A stretch of 63,161 nt of DNA, the filler included, from Bdellovibrionota bacterium (GTDB lineage Bacteria; Bdellovibrionota; Bdellovibrionia; Bdellovibrionales; JAEYZS01), in the NCBI GenBank assembly GCA_963169515.1. It is 5 parts of 5 records of this genome, joined end to end, with 100 filler letters (N's around TTAATTAATTAA, not from the genome) between each part and the next. Parts side by side here need not be neighbours in the genome. Positions count along the whole stretch, not along the records: positions 1 to 23,728 come from CAUJEF010000007.1; positions 23,829 to 32,496 come from CAUJEF010000008.1; 3 more parts are not named here. One strand, 5' to 3'. Below are positions 20,389 to 29,540 of the stretch, piece after piece. Position numbers and translations under genes: made by a program. The notes under the pieces are model-generated. The model had not been told where the DNA came from. It worked only from the letters and a program-made list of their open reading frames with translations, and searched no databases. Within the stretch, counting starts at the first letter, position 1; every line of letters begins with the position of its first letter.

Positions 20389-21637
20389 TTTTTGACTGCC
20401 ATTTTGATATGATCCGTTGTTTTGTAAAGAAAGATGCGGTTGCAGATAAAATTACTGAGACTGTTATTGCGTACACAATTGAATTTGGCCCTAGATTAAA
20501 GTGCATGAAGATAAAAAATAGAGCAAAGAAGCAAAGGGCACCTAAAAATCTAATCAATACGCCCACTCTAAAATTACCAGAACCTTTGATAACGGCAGAA
20601 GTATATGCATTTACCATAGCGAATGGAACGGCCCATATTAAAATATTCAAAGACTGCTCTGCCCCAGCATAGTTACTTGAAAAAAACCAAATCACAAAGG
20701 TGCGGCCGAACAGATGAGAGCCAGATATAAGCAGAACGCCCAGAACAAAGGTATAGATATAGAAATTTTTATTCTGCCTCAGCAGGTGTGAATAGTTGCC
20801 AGACACAATTTTGCTAACGATGTCTGGGAAAAGCACTCTGTAAATGGGATAAGAAAATACGCTAAGCAAGGCCGTGTAAATCGGGCGCGAAACAATTTGA
20901 AATCCAGCTAAGTCATCACTTGAAAAGTATCTCACATATAAAACCGTTGATAAATAGAGTGAAATATACCCCAGGCCATATTCAGCAGAACCATATCCAA
21001 CGTACTTGAAAAAATCTTTTCTTGCTACAGAGTCTGGTGCGTGGGATTTATATGAGATCGGAATATATTTAAAAAATAAAAGGGCACTTAAAGTATTTGA
21101 TACCACATTTGCCCCAATCAAAACACTCCCTGTATAGTGTGAGTTAAAAAAATATAACGAAAAGATAATGGCAATCAGAAGAATATTTTTTGAAAAGCTT
21201 ATGTAAGATACCTGCTTGTGGCGTTGGTAAAGCATTAAGTAATAATTAATCAATAAATAAAAAAGGCTGGCAAAATAGCATAAGAAGGCAAACAAATATT
21301 GAATAATTCCTAAAGAGCGACCGTCGCCCATAAAATGGCCGTAAAATAGCGGAATAAATAGCGAGGACAATACAATTGCGAGATAGATAAAGGATTTCTT
21401 AAAAAGGGAAAGGATTTTAGAGCTTTCGTTGTACTGGTGGAAGCTTCGTATTACGGCATCCTTGAACCCAGTGTGAAACATAGTGAGAAATACAATTAAG
21501 TCCAGAGTGCTATAGTAAAATATCAGTTCAGCTTTTGTCGTGTGTCGCACTAAGAAATATCTTAAGGCCAGACTTAGTAGTAATTCCGTGCCCACTGAAA
21601 TTCCGTTTAGCGCAACTAGCCATTTCATAAACATCAA
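20354..21637 (-). CDS. Oligosaccharide flippase (Wzx/MOP superfamily)
   Basis: About 12 TM helices, 427 aa, glycan-locus context. Confidence 0.7.
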   Translation of the reverse strand: MMFMKWLVALNGISVGTELLLSLALRYFLVRHTTKAELIFYYSTLDLIVFLTMFHTGFKDAVIRSFHQYNESSKILSLFKKSFIYLAIVLSSLFIPLFYGHFMGDGRSLGIIQYLFAFLCYFASLFYLLINYYLMLYQRHKQVSYISFSKNILLIAIIFSLYFFNSHYTGSVLIGANVVSNTLSALLFFKYIPISYKSHAPDSVARKDFFKYVGYGSAEYGLGYISLYLSTVLYVRYFSSDDLAGFQIVSRPIYTALLSVFSYPIYRVLFPDIVSKIVSGNYSHLLRQNKNFYIYTFVLGVLLISGSHLFGRTFVIWFFSSNYAGAEQSLNILIWAVPFAMVNAYTSAVIKGSGNFRVGVLIRFLGALCFFALFFIFMHFNLGPNSIVYAITVSVILSATASFFTKQRIISKWQSKTIHECENTKTV

Positions 21638-21688
21638 TTTACGAGGTTTGTTTTGTGTTTGTCTAGAACTATGGTTTTTGACATAAAT

Positions 21689-23026
21689 CTAAATTTCCAA
21701 GAATCTGCTAAGCTCCGGGGCTAAATTTTTTGGTGAAGACTTGACATAAGATTTAAGAAAAACGGAATACATGGATAAATTTCCAATGAATACCAAAATG
21801 TGAAAGAACGAAAATATAAAAATCAGACCAGACTCCCCCCAGCGGGTTGTTGCTATGGGCAAAACCGATAGGCAGAAAATTGCGCTCATCAAATTAATGA
21901 TTGCACTTTTCTTAAGTTGATTGAGCTCAATCCAAATGGGATTTAGGAATTGATAAGATAAATAACCTGGTATAGAGAGAGCGGCAAATAAGAATAATTT
22001 TCCTGTGCCCAAAAATAGCGAGAGGACCTCTGTTTGGGTAATGATGTCGATCCCAATATAAAGGAGCGGTATGGCTACTACGGATACTGTCAAAGTAACC
22101 CACAATAGTCGGCGGAACTGATAAAGTTTTTTTACAATACCTACATTTGCAACGTACATGGTTATTCGCCTATTGGCCGCTGTTGCTAACAAGAAAATGA
22201 GGCTTACAATTTGAATGGCAAAGTTTGTTTTTCCAAGATTGGCTTTTGTCAGATAATTTGCAGACAGAATCATTATTAGCAAAGGGAAAATGGTAAATGA
22301 CATATGGTCTAAGTATGGCCACCACGATCTATATAAAATCATTTTGAGATGAGTGAAATTTCTTCGGAAGCTCAGACGGATGGAGTTTGCTTTTAATAGT
22401 ACAAATATTTCAACGGCGGTTCCGACGGAAAGCAGAGCCGTGTAGCTCCAAATAAAAAAGGATAAATCTTTTGATCCGATTATTAAAAATATTAATAAAA
22501 AAATAATCAAAACAAATCGAACAGAAAAAATAATTTTGTCTTGAAGCTTAGTTTGGCTAAAGGAAGAAAAAAAAGGATGACCATTGTGGAACCAAACTGT
22601 AGGTATACTCATAAGAGAAAAACCCAGCGCTTGTGACAGGGACAGCATACTTTGGGCAGATTTTGAAAGACACCAAAAGCTGAGGCCCACCGTCGCGGTA
22701 AGTGCCGTAATTGTAAAATTGATAACTAAAAAATCCGGCACGAGCAATTTTTTTAAGGCCTCATTTTTAAATGTGCGCCCCAAAAAAACACAACCGAGAT
22801 TTAAAGAAAGTGCTATTGCAAGAGCCGCAAAAAGGGATGTGCCGTATGCGATAACGCCGCGACCGTCAGGTCCGAAAATTTTTGCTGTGGTTAGGAATAC
22901 CAAAAAACCGCTTATGGCGACAAAACCACGAGTTAGAATGGAAAAAAGATAGTCTTTCAAAGATATCTTGCCCCTCTTTTTGTTAATTAAAACTAATCGT
23001 AACAGAGGTATACGGCAACAAAACAA
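21689..23026 (-). CDS. Second oligosaccharide flippase (Wzx-like)
   Basis: TAKIFGPDGRG motif typical of the Wzx N-terminus, about 12 TM helices; true start probably a little downstream. Confidence 0.72.
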   Translation of the reverse strand: MFCCRIPLLRLVLINKKRGKISLKDYLFSILTRGFVAISGFLVFLTTAKIFGPDGRGVIAYGTSLFAALAIALSLNLGCVFLGRTFKNEALKKLLVPDFLVINFTITALTATVGLSFWCLSKSAQSMLSLSQALGFSLMSIPTVWFHNGHPFFSSFSQTKLQDKIIFSVRFVLIIFLLIFLIIGSKDLSFFIWSYTALLSVGTAVEIFVLLKANSIRLSFRRNFTHLKMILYRSWWPYLDHMSFTIFPLLIMILSANYLTKANLGKTNFAIQIVSLIFLLATAANRRITMYVANVGIVKKLYQFRRLLWVTLTVSVVAIPLLYIGIDIITQTEVLSLFLGTGKLFLFAALSIPGYLSYQFLNPIWIELNQLKKSAIINLMSAIFCLSVLPIATTRWGESGLIFIFSFFHILVFIGNLSMYSVFLKSYVKSSPKNLAPELSRFLEI

Positions 23027-23088
23027 CTAATTTGACGCAGAACTGCTGGATTGCCAAATTTTCATTATGAGATAAAAATGACTGTCTG

Positions 23089-23728
23089 ATGAATTCAAAG
23101 GTCTATAGGTTTCTATTTTTTATCGTGCTTGCGGTTTTATTTGCTGTAACTGCTATAAAATACACTGGAAGTTGGTATGTATATACCTTGTTTACCCTTG
23201 TGTTTAATGGCGTTTTGTTAATGGGGTTCAGAAAAAACCGAATATTTTTCGACACTTTTTTTGGTATTTTTTTGTGGCTAGGGTTTTGGTTTAAGTTTTC
23301 AGTTCGCATAGGATTGTTAGGAACAACAGACTTTGTCGAGGCGACCGGGGCTTTCGATGGATCAGGTCGGTCTTTTGATAACGCGCTCATTGTTAGTACA
23401 TGTGGTTGTATGGCGGTAGCGGCGGCAAGCTTGATACGGCAAAAATTCTTCTCATATTTATCGCTCCAAACGACTTTGGGACTGGATGGGATTTCAAATT
23501 TCTACAAAAAATATAGGATCTATGTATGCATTTTATTTGCCTTCACATTCGTTTTAATAGCAGCTGCAAATATTCATTTCGCAATTTATCAAAGAGGATG
23601 GGGAGCGAAAACAATTCTGCCAGCCCCCTTGCCGGGCATCTTTACTTGGTTGCTGACTTTTGGTCTATCGTCTTTTTCTGCGTTAATTTTGGAGCAAGAG
23701 CTTCGGATTAAAAATTCGCCTTATGTCG
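23089..23728 (+). CDS. Polytopic membrane protein, truncated by contig end (possible Wzy-like polymerase)
   Basis: Multiple TM helices; glycan-locus context; runs into the linker. Confidence 0.5.
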
Positions 23729-23828
23729 NNNNNNNNNNNNNNNNNNNNNNNNNNNNNNNNNNNNNNNNNNNNTTAATTAATTAANNNNNNNNNNNNNNNN
23801 NNNNNNNNNNNNNNNNNNNNNNNNNNNN
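23729..23828. other. Artificial contig linker
   Basis: N44-TTAATTAATTAA-N44 with stops in all frames. Confidence 0.98.
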
Positions 23829-24067
23829 TTCTCGCTTTCCTCTGGGCCTAAAAAACCTTCTTTGGCAGCTTCCTCCGCTTGCTTCGCCCACCAAGCATCT
23901 TCCAATGCTTCAAACCGCTCGTATTCTTCAACAGAAATGACCACGGCAACAGGACGTCCGTTTTTTTCAATTTTCATCGGACGAACTTTAGCAAAATCCA
24001 AAAGCTCACCAAATTTGTTCTTAGCTTCAGTCGCATTCATTGTGTCTTTCTTTGCCTTGGCACCCAT
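23829..24067 (-). CDS. Phd/YefM-family antitoxin (3' truncated)
   Basis: MNATEAKNKFGELLD...IEKNGRPVAVVISVEEYE; GAGGTG ribosome site. Confidence 0.9.
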
Positions 24068-24083
24068 AAACACCTCTATGGCT

Positions 24084-24112
24084 AATATAGCTTAATTAGC
24101 TAATTTAGTCAA
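24084..24112 (-). promoter_or_regulatory. Sigma70 promoter with an overlapping palindromic operator for the Phd module
   Basis: Minus strand TTGACT-N17-TATATT; spacer contains the palindrome AATTAGCTAATT. Confidence 0.7.
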
Positions 24113-24116
24113 TATT

Positions 24117-24536
24117 TTATTTAATAAAACAAGATACGGCGATGGCCTGGCGATTTTGACCATCTTCACAAAACATTTGAATGTAACCCTCGACCTTTGA
24201 ACCTGTTGATAGGTGTCCCACGTTTTTAGGCAATACCGGCATATACCAGCACCATGCATCCTCAAGCGCACTGAATCTGTTATAGCCCAAATAGTGCGCG
24301 CTGGGCGCAACAAAGGTTGTATCAGCTTTTATTTGACGAACGTCACTTGTAATGGCCCCGCTGACGTGTGCATTTGATAACTGAGTATTGGTGTTTACAT
24401 CAGCTGTGAAATTGACTTTTGTCGCGAGCCCACCCCAACCATTTACGACGTTGAAGGAACTGCAAACAATTACTTTATTGTTCGCTTGCGAAATTAAGGG
24501 CAAAAATAGAAAGAGAGCAAGAATCACATTTTTCAT
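24117..24536 (-). CDS. Secreted hypothetical protein
   Basis: Signal peptide ending SQA; four Cys. Confidence 0.65.
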   Translation of the reverse strand: MKNVILALFLFLPLISQANNKVIVCSSFNVVNGWGGLATKVNFTADVNTNTQLSNAHVSGAITSDVRQIKADTTFVAPSAHYLGYNRFSALEDAWCWYMPVLPKNVGHLSTGSKVEGYIQMFCEDGQNRQAIAVSCFIK

Positions 24537-24666
24537 AAAACCCTACGGTTTAACTTAAACAATAGAATTAATATCATGAACCGCAGGAGCTAAGCTCCTG
24601 ATCCAAACAGGGTTGAAATATTTATCAATACTGTACAAAAAATCGTTACTGGAAGCGAAGAGGAAT

Positions 24667-24695
24667 GTTTGAGATGCCAAATTGGCATCTCAAAC
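24667..24695. terminator. Perfect 14-bp inverted repeat just downstream of the Ig-repeat gene
   Basis: GTTTGAGATGCCAA-A-TTGGCATCTCAAAC, 12 bp past the stop at 24708; no clear U-tract. Confidence 0.5.
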
Positions 24696-24707
24696 TACGT
24701 CCGGTCA

Positions 24708-27341
24708 TTATCTTCGAGTTCTCACCGAAAACGGCCCGCTAATATATTGATTTCCAGCACGGTCATGGCCTGACACCTGGAATGAATACAATGTATTCGG
24801 CGCTAAACCGCTTAAGGTCATTGAATGTGAAGTCGTGTACGAAGTGCTCTCTGACGTTTGCTGATTGATACCCGTAACCCCACCCACTCCCCAAAACATC
24901 ATTTGTGTCGCTTCTTCGCTCGTAGCCCAGGTCACAATGATGGTAGTCACCGTCGCAGTGCTGCCGATATTTGATGGAACTGGCACAATTGTATCCACTG
25001 TCCATGAATAGCTTGCCCCTGCCGTGTCCATTACCCCAAATTCGTCAATCGCTTTCACGTTAAAGCTATGACTCCCGTCAGCCAAAGAAACATACGACAT
25101 ACTGCCGGTATCGCACGCCACTTCAGGCGCCCCGTTTAATGAACACATATAACCCGTCGCTGCCTGATCTGCGCCAAAAGTAATTAACATAGATGTCAAA
25201 TTTGTCAGTGGTGATGACGGATTGGTCGACAGGATTTGAGTATGAATCGGCGTCGTATCGACAATCCAACTGTAGCTTAGCTCACTTGTATTTTGGGCAA
25301 GATCAATTCCACGCAACGTAAACACGTGTTCACCATCCGCAAGGCCCGAATACTGCAATGGACTGACACATGGGCCGAAACCAGCACTATCCAATTGACA
25401 TTCATAACTCACATCTTCTGATGCCGAGAACGTAAAATCTCTGAAATCAGATGAAGTTGGGCTTGTTCCACTGGACGAAATCGTCAATATTGGTGCTGTG
25501 ACATCCACTATAAAACTGTGGCTAATCATGTTTGAGGCATTTCCGGCAGAATCCACACCCACAACAGATACGACATAACTGCCTTCATCCAAATTGGATA
25601 ATGAAATCACATTCCCTGAAGAAAATTGAACCCCGTTTACACTGACAGCAAAAGCCATGGCCTCGCTTGCGCTTACAGAAACACTGAAATCCCTACTGTT
25701 AATATAAGCACTGCTTGATGGTAAAAATTCTCCAAAGCTGATCACAGGTGCTGTCAAATCCACCATCCAATCCATCGAAGCCGCTGCACTTCGATTGCCG
25801 GCAAGGTCCTCTGCAACGACTTGAAAATTATGGGCACCCTCGCTCATTGCATGAACATACGGAGAAGTACATTCTTCCTCTATACCATTATCAAATGCGC
25901 AAAAGAATCGAACGGGTTCGCTTGAGCTAAACGATACAGACATATTTTCTGCATTCGTTATACCCACGGCCGGATACACAGAATCCACCATTAAATTCGG
26001 TGGGGTTTGATCGACAACCCACGAGTAACTAGAAGATGCCCCAACATTGCCAGCCACATCGATGGCCCGTACTTCAAACCAATGGTTGCCCTCAGAAATA
26101 TTTGAAAGCGCGTATGGGGAATTACAGGCGGCAAAGGCCCCGCTATCAACCGCACATTCAAAAGATGCTACTTCATTTGCGACAAAATTGAAATTTCTAA
26201 AATCTGCGCTGCTCATTGCAACGTCTGGATCCACACTGGAAATCGTTACCACTGGAGCCGTCATATCAATGGACCAGCTGAAAGCAGCCGGAGCACTTGC
26301 ATTTCCCAAAGCGTCTGTCACAGAAACTTGGAAATTATGGGCCCCTTCGCTAAGCCCATTGTATGACACTGGTGATGTGCAGGCGCTTGCAGTGGCACCG
26401 TCGAAACTGCACATAAATGTACCTGGCTCGCTTGAGCTTACAAAAAACTGAATCGAATTTTCATTTGTCAATGTTCGAAGGGTTGCCACATTATCAATTT
26501 GTACAGTCGGTGGTAACGCATCCACATCCCACGAATAAGACGCACTACCGGCATCTTGTCCATTTGGTGCACGCCCCAAAACGCGGAATGTATGTGAGCC
26601 ATTTGAAACATTTGCGTAATTCATCGGTGAACTGCATAAGCTTTCAACCGCATTATCCAATGAGCAATAAAAACTACCGCCAGAGCTTTGCGCCGAAAAC
26701 GCTATGCTCATGGTTGTCACATTTGTCGGTGAATTGCTTGGATCCGTAGAATCTATTCGTGGCGCAAACAATGACAGATCAATTGGTGTAGCCGTTGGCG
26801 TAGGTGTTGGGCTTGGTTTTGTGCACGAATTTTTGTCATAGGTTCGACCTTTAAAAACCAATTCTACGCTTTTGATCTTATGCTCAATGTTGCGAAGGGT
26901 GTGTAGTTTAATAACCAGCTTGCCCTTTCGTGCTTTTAAACGAAGCAGGTAGTGATGAAAAGGTTCCGCACCATTTAAAAAGAACCTGTGCAATTTAAAA
27001 TGACTTCGACTGTGATCTTCTCGCTCGTCATAGTCTTCACGATCACAATGGCGTTTGCCATCACGACGAGAGGTCTTAATACCGTTTAGCGATAGCTCGA
27101 TTTCCTCTTCCTTGTCTTTATGCTTCCCCTTAAGCGTTACAATAAGGTCCACGTCATCCAGTATAAAGTTAGGTTGGAATAAAAAATCTAATTCATTTAA
27201 AGGGATTGAAATATGCGAACCTTTTCGTTCAACACGAACAGATTTTTCAAAAGGTTTATAGCAATCTGATGGAGGCGTTTCTTTGCAAGCAGTCGCAAAA
27301 AATACGCTTAAAATGGCGATTCTAAAAAATGTCTTTTTCAT
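24708..27341 (-). CDS. Large lipoprotein with tandem bacterial Ig-like domains and a C-terminal FN3-like domain
   Basis: Lipobox FATAC; PT linker; seven ~85-aa repeats (F.C.LD....C.SP..Y..L..G.H.F.V...D..GN...W.VD.T.P); final LAPNTLYSFQV domain; ATG at 27341. Confidence 0.85.
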   Translation of the reverse strand: MKKTFFRIAILSVFFATACKETPPSDCYKPFEKSVRVERKGSHISIPLNELDFLFQPNFILDDVDLIVTLKGKHKDKEEEIELSLNGIKTSRRDGKRHCDREDYDEREDHSRSHFKLHRFFLNGAEPFHHYLLRLKARKGKLVIKLHTLRNIEHKIKSVELVFKGRTYDKNSCTKPSPTPTPTATPIDLSLFAPRIDSTDPSNSPTNVTTMSIAFSAQSSGGSFYCSLDNAVESLCSSPMNYANVSNGSHTFRVLGRAPNGQDAGSASYSWDVDALPPTVQIDNVATLRTLTNENSIQFFVSSSEPGTFMCSFDGATASACTSPVSYNGLSEGAHNFQVSVTDALGNASAPAAFSWSIDMTAPVVTISSVDPDVAMSSADFRNFNFVANEVASFECAVDSGAFAACNSPYALSNISEGNHWFEVRAIDVAGNVGASSSYSWVVDQTPPNLMVDSVYPAVGITNAENMSVSFSSSEPVRFFCAFDNGIEEECTSPYVHAMSEGAHNFQVVAEDLAGNRSAAASMDWMVDLTAPVISFGEFLPSSSAYINSRDFSVSVSASEAMAFAVSVNGVQFSSGNVISLSNLDEGSYVVSVVGVDSAGNASNMISHSFIVDVTAPILTISSSGTSPTSSDFRDFTFSASEDVSYECQLDSAGFGPCVSPLQYSGLADGEHVFTLRGIDLAQNTSELSYSWIVDTTPIHTQILSTNPSSPLTNLTSMLITFGADQAATGYMCSLNGAPEVACDTGSMSYVSLADGSHSFNVKAIDEFGVMDTAGASYSWTVDTIVPVPSNIGSTATVTTIIVTWATSEEATQMMFWGVGGVTGINQQTSESTSYTTSHSMTLSGLAPNTLYSFQVSGHDRAGNQYISGPFSVRTRR

Positions 27342-27542
27342 ACACGTGCCCCCTACGTACAACCATGACATTTTCCGCCTACATACTGCTTTGTCAGAAC
27401 TTTTAAGTATACCACGACCAAGGTCAAAAAAATGGGCTTGAAACGCCTCATTTTAAGAAACCAGAATTGGACTTCAAATCCAGATACTTAATTGTTAAGA
27501 TTTTTGTAGCAGTTCAATCCATTAAAAAGCGAGACAATCAGC

Positions 27543-28223
27543 ATGAGAAATTTGAGACATTTTTGTACCATTTTGGGAATTTTCTTTGTTCTTTATTACA
27601 CACCAGCAACAGCACAATCTACCGTGGGTGGAACCGGGATCTATTTTGAGGAAACATTTTTTCCTGAGTTTGTTGATAAATTCGACCCGACGCTGATTGA
27701 TGCGGCAAACCCCAACGGTCCTAACGATACCGGTCTTGGATTCAACACAAATACAACCCTGGGATATGCAATTGTGAACACCTGGTTGATAGGCTTCACC
27801 TACAGTTACAAATCCATCTCTACCGAAAGATCTGCAAGCGGAACTATCGAAGGTCTTAAAACCGATCTTACTGAAACAAAACTTGGCGCTACGGTAGGAT
27901 GGCTTGGCACCAACGCCCGGCTGCTTGCAACATTTTTTCTCAGTGGCAATAAAAAGTATCATGAAAAGTATTTTGATTCTACTGGGGCCATCACAACGGA
28001 TCGAACTTATACTAATAAAAAGATTTCTGGATTCCAACTGACGGCAGGATATTCGTTCAACGTGTTTTCATCATTTAGCATAGGTCCTTCACTGGTCTAC
28101 ACCATTGCTAACTATGCAAAGCAAACCATGGTAAATTCGGTGGCTCCCCCATACTCAAACCTTGCAACAAAGGCCGGCGGCTCTGAACTAAAGCCAATGA
28201 TTTCAATGCTGTTCCGTTGGTAA
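27543..28223 (+). CDS. Outer-membrane beta-barrel protein
   Basis: Signal peptide, amphipathic beta strands, terminal aromatic residue (ISMLFRW). Confidence 0.7.
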   Translation: MRNLRHFCTILGIFFVLYYTPATAQSTVGGTGIYFEETFFPEFVDKFDPTLIDAANPNGPNDTGLGFNTNTTLGYAIVNTWLIGFTYSYKSISTERSASGTIEGLKTDLTETKLGATVGWLGTNARLLATFFLSGNKKYHEKYFDSTGAITTDRTYTNKKISGFQLTAGYSFNVFSSFSIGPSLVYTIANYAKQTMVNSVAPPYSNLATKAGGSELKPMISMLFRW

Positions 28224-28227
28224 AAAA

Positions 28228-28266
28228 TCAAAAACTGGCCCACTTGATTGTTGGCACGTCAACTTG
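28228..28266 (+). repeat. Repeat family A, copy 1
   Basis: TCAAAAACTGGCCCACTTGATTGTTGGCACGTCAAC; the first 16 bp are the exact reverse complement of 28419-28434. Confidence 0.75.
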
Positions 28267-28397
28267 GTTGCTCATTAGCTTATTGTTTTCCTTGTAAAAC
28301 GAGTTACACAAGATGCGATGCTCACGGTAGTGAGCGGCGCTGCCTGAGGACTGTCCGAGATTTTTACAAGGAAAATAACAAGTTGGTGGTTCATCAA

Positions 28398-28434
28398 GAT
28401 CGATGTTTCAACACATATGTGGGCCAGTTTTTGA
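28398..28434 (-). repeat. Repeat family A, copy 2 (inverted)
   Basis: Minus strand reads TCAAAAACTGGCCCACATATGTGTTGAAACATCGAT. Confidence 0.72.
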
Positions 28435-28489
28435 AGTTCTAGGGATTGTAAATGCTTATCTCCGAAAATCAAAAAAAAGGAGAACATAA

Positions 28490-28741
28490 ATGCCAAAACA
28501 TAAGTCACGAACAGAGAAATTGAGTAAAAAACAAATTGAGGCGATGACTGCAAAAGCTGAGGGTCGCAATGATGTTCCATTAGTTGCCTCACAGCAAGTT
28601 AATATGCGCCTAAAAAGTGAAACGCTCGAGAAAGCAAGAAAGCTTGCAGCTGCCCAAGGCCTTCCATACACGTCCTTTCTTGTTCGCTTGCTGAAAGAAG
28701 ATATCGAGCGTCTGTGGGGCGTTTTCAAAAAAGTGGATTGA
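28490..28741 (+). CDS. CopG/BrnA-type ribbon-helix-helix antitoxin (orphan)
   Basis: QQVNMRLKSETLEKARKLAAAQGLPYTSFL; AGGAG ribosome site. Confidence 0.75.
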   Translation: MPKHKSRTEKLSKKQIEAMTAKAEGRNDVPLVASQQVNMRLKSETLEKARKLAAAQGLPYTSFLVRLLKEDIERLWGVFKKVD

Positions 28742-28757
28742 CGCTGCTTTTAAAAAA

Positions 28758-28795
28758 CTAAAACTGGCCCACTTGTGTGTTGATACGACAACTTT
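28758..28795 (+). repeat. Repeat family A, copy 3
   Basis: AAAACTGGCCCACTTGTGTGTTGATACGACAAC, between two convergent antitoxin genes. Confidence 0.72.
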
Positions 28796-28805
28796 GAAGC
28801 CTAAT

Positions 28806-29072
28806 TTAGCCAACCTTTTGCCGTCTAATATAGTTCTCCATTAGAATCCGCATAAACTTGGTGTAATCAAGTCCTCGCTTTTTGGCTTCACCCTTAATTT
28901 CTTTCAAAAGTTCTTTGCTCACCCTCATTGTGATTGTCTCGGTCTTCGGTTTGGTAAGCTCAAATTTTGCTACTTGCCAGTCGGCGTCCTTCATTAGCTC
29001 GCTCAAATCACCAGCCAATGGGTCGTCGAAATAATTAGCCTCTTTCAAGGGGTTTTTTCCTGATTTCTTCAT
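28806..29072 (-). CDS. CopG/BrnA-type antitoxin
   Basis: KTETITMRVSKELLKEIKGEAKKRGLDYTKFMR; overlaps the upstream toxin; ATG at 29072. Confidence 0.82.
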   Translation of the reverse strand: MKKSGKNPLKEANYFDDPLAGDLSELMKDADWQVAKFELTKPKTETITMRVSKELLKEIKGEAKKRGLDYTKFMRILMENYIRRQKVG

Positions 29073-29367
29073 AAACTTTTTCCTCCTTACTGTTTCGGTG
29101 AATATGTCTCGCACTAATAGGTCGCAGTAATCGTTCGTCTCCAAGTTTGCGAATCGTGTAAGCCACAAACATTAGTCTTTTATCTTCTGCTTTTCCTACC
29201 GCAATCCACCGTTTTTCACTTCCCGAGTTTCTTCTGTCTTCAAAATAGAGAAGCTCTTGGCTAAAAAAGCTTTCTATTTCTTCAATGGTTATACCGTGAG
29301 CTTGGCAATGTAAGTAATTACCCTCGTCCCAATCAAAGTTTTCAAAACCAATGTTGCCAATCTTCAC
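29035..29367 (-). CDS. brnT: BrnT-family ribonuclease toxin (DUF497)
   Basis: FDWDEGN...HGI...E, EKRWIAVG, FVAYTIR, RPISAR. Confidence 0.9.
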   Translation of the reverse strand: MKIGNIGFENFDWDEGNYLHCQAHGITIEEIESFFSQELLYFEDRRNSGSEKRWIAVGKAEDKRLMFVAYTIRKLGDERLLRPISARHIHRNSKEEKVYEEIRKKPLERG

Positions 29368-29391
29368 TATTTAACCCTACTACAACTCATA

Positions 29392-29411
29392 ACAAATGTA
29401 AATACATTTGT
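29392..29411. promoter_or_regulatory. Palindromic operator upstream of brnT
   Basis: ACAAATGTA-AA-TACATTTGT, perfect 9-bp arms about 25 bp upstream of the start. Confidence 0.65.
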
Positions 29412-29540
29412 CTTACGGTATATTGGGCTTAGGAACTGACCAACTAATGACTTAAAACCCTCTTTTTGAGTTTCTATGAGTTCTCAAATAATAGCTTAAG
29501 CGGATGGAGATTTCTCACTGTCTTCTCCCTCTGCCAGTTT

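Noticed and set aside
23729..23828. TTAATTAATTAA palindrome within N-runs, repeated four times
   Set aside because: Artificial all-frame-stop linker; ORFs ending in X...LIN and gene adjacency across it are artefacts
28248..28592. Short ORFs 28248-28442 (+) and 28275-28592 (-)
   Set aside because: They run through repeat copies or antisense to the antitoxin and show no motif or ribosome site
28228..28810. Repeats beside TA genes read as integron attC sites or CRISPR repeats
   Set aside because: No RYYYAAC...GTTRRRY box pairs, mixed orientations, irregular spacing, and no integrase or cas genes
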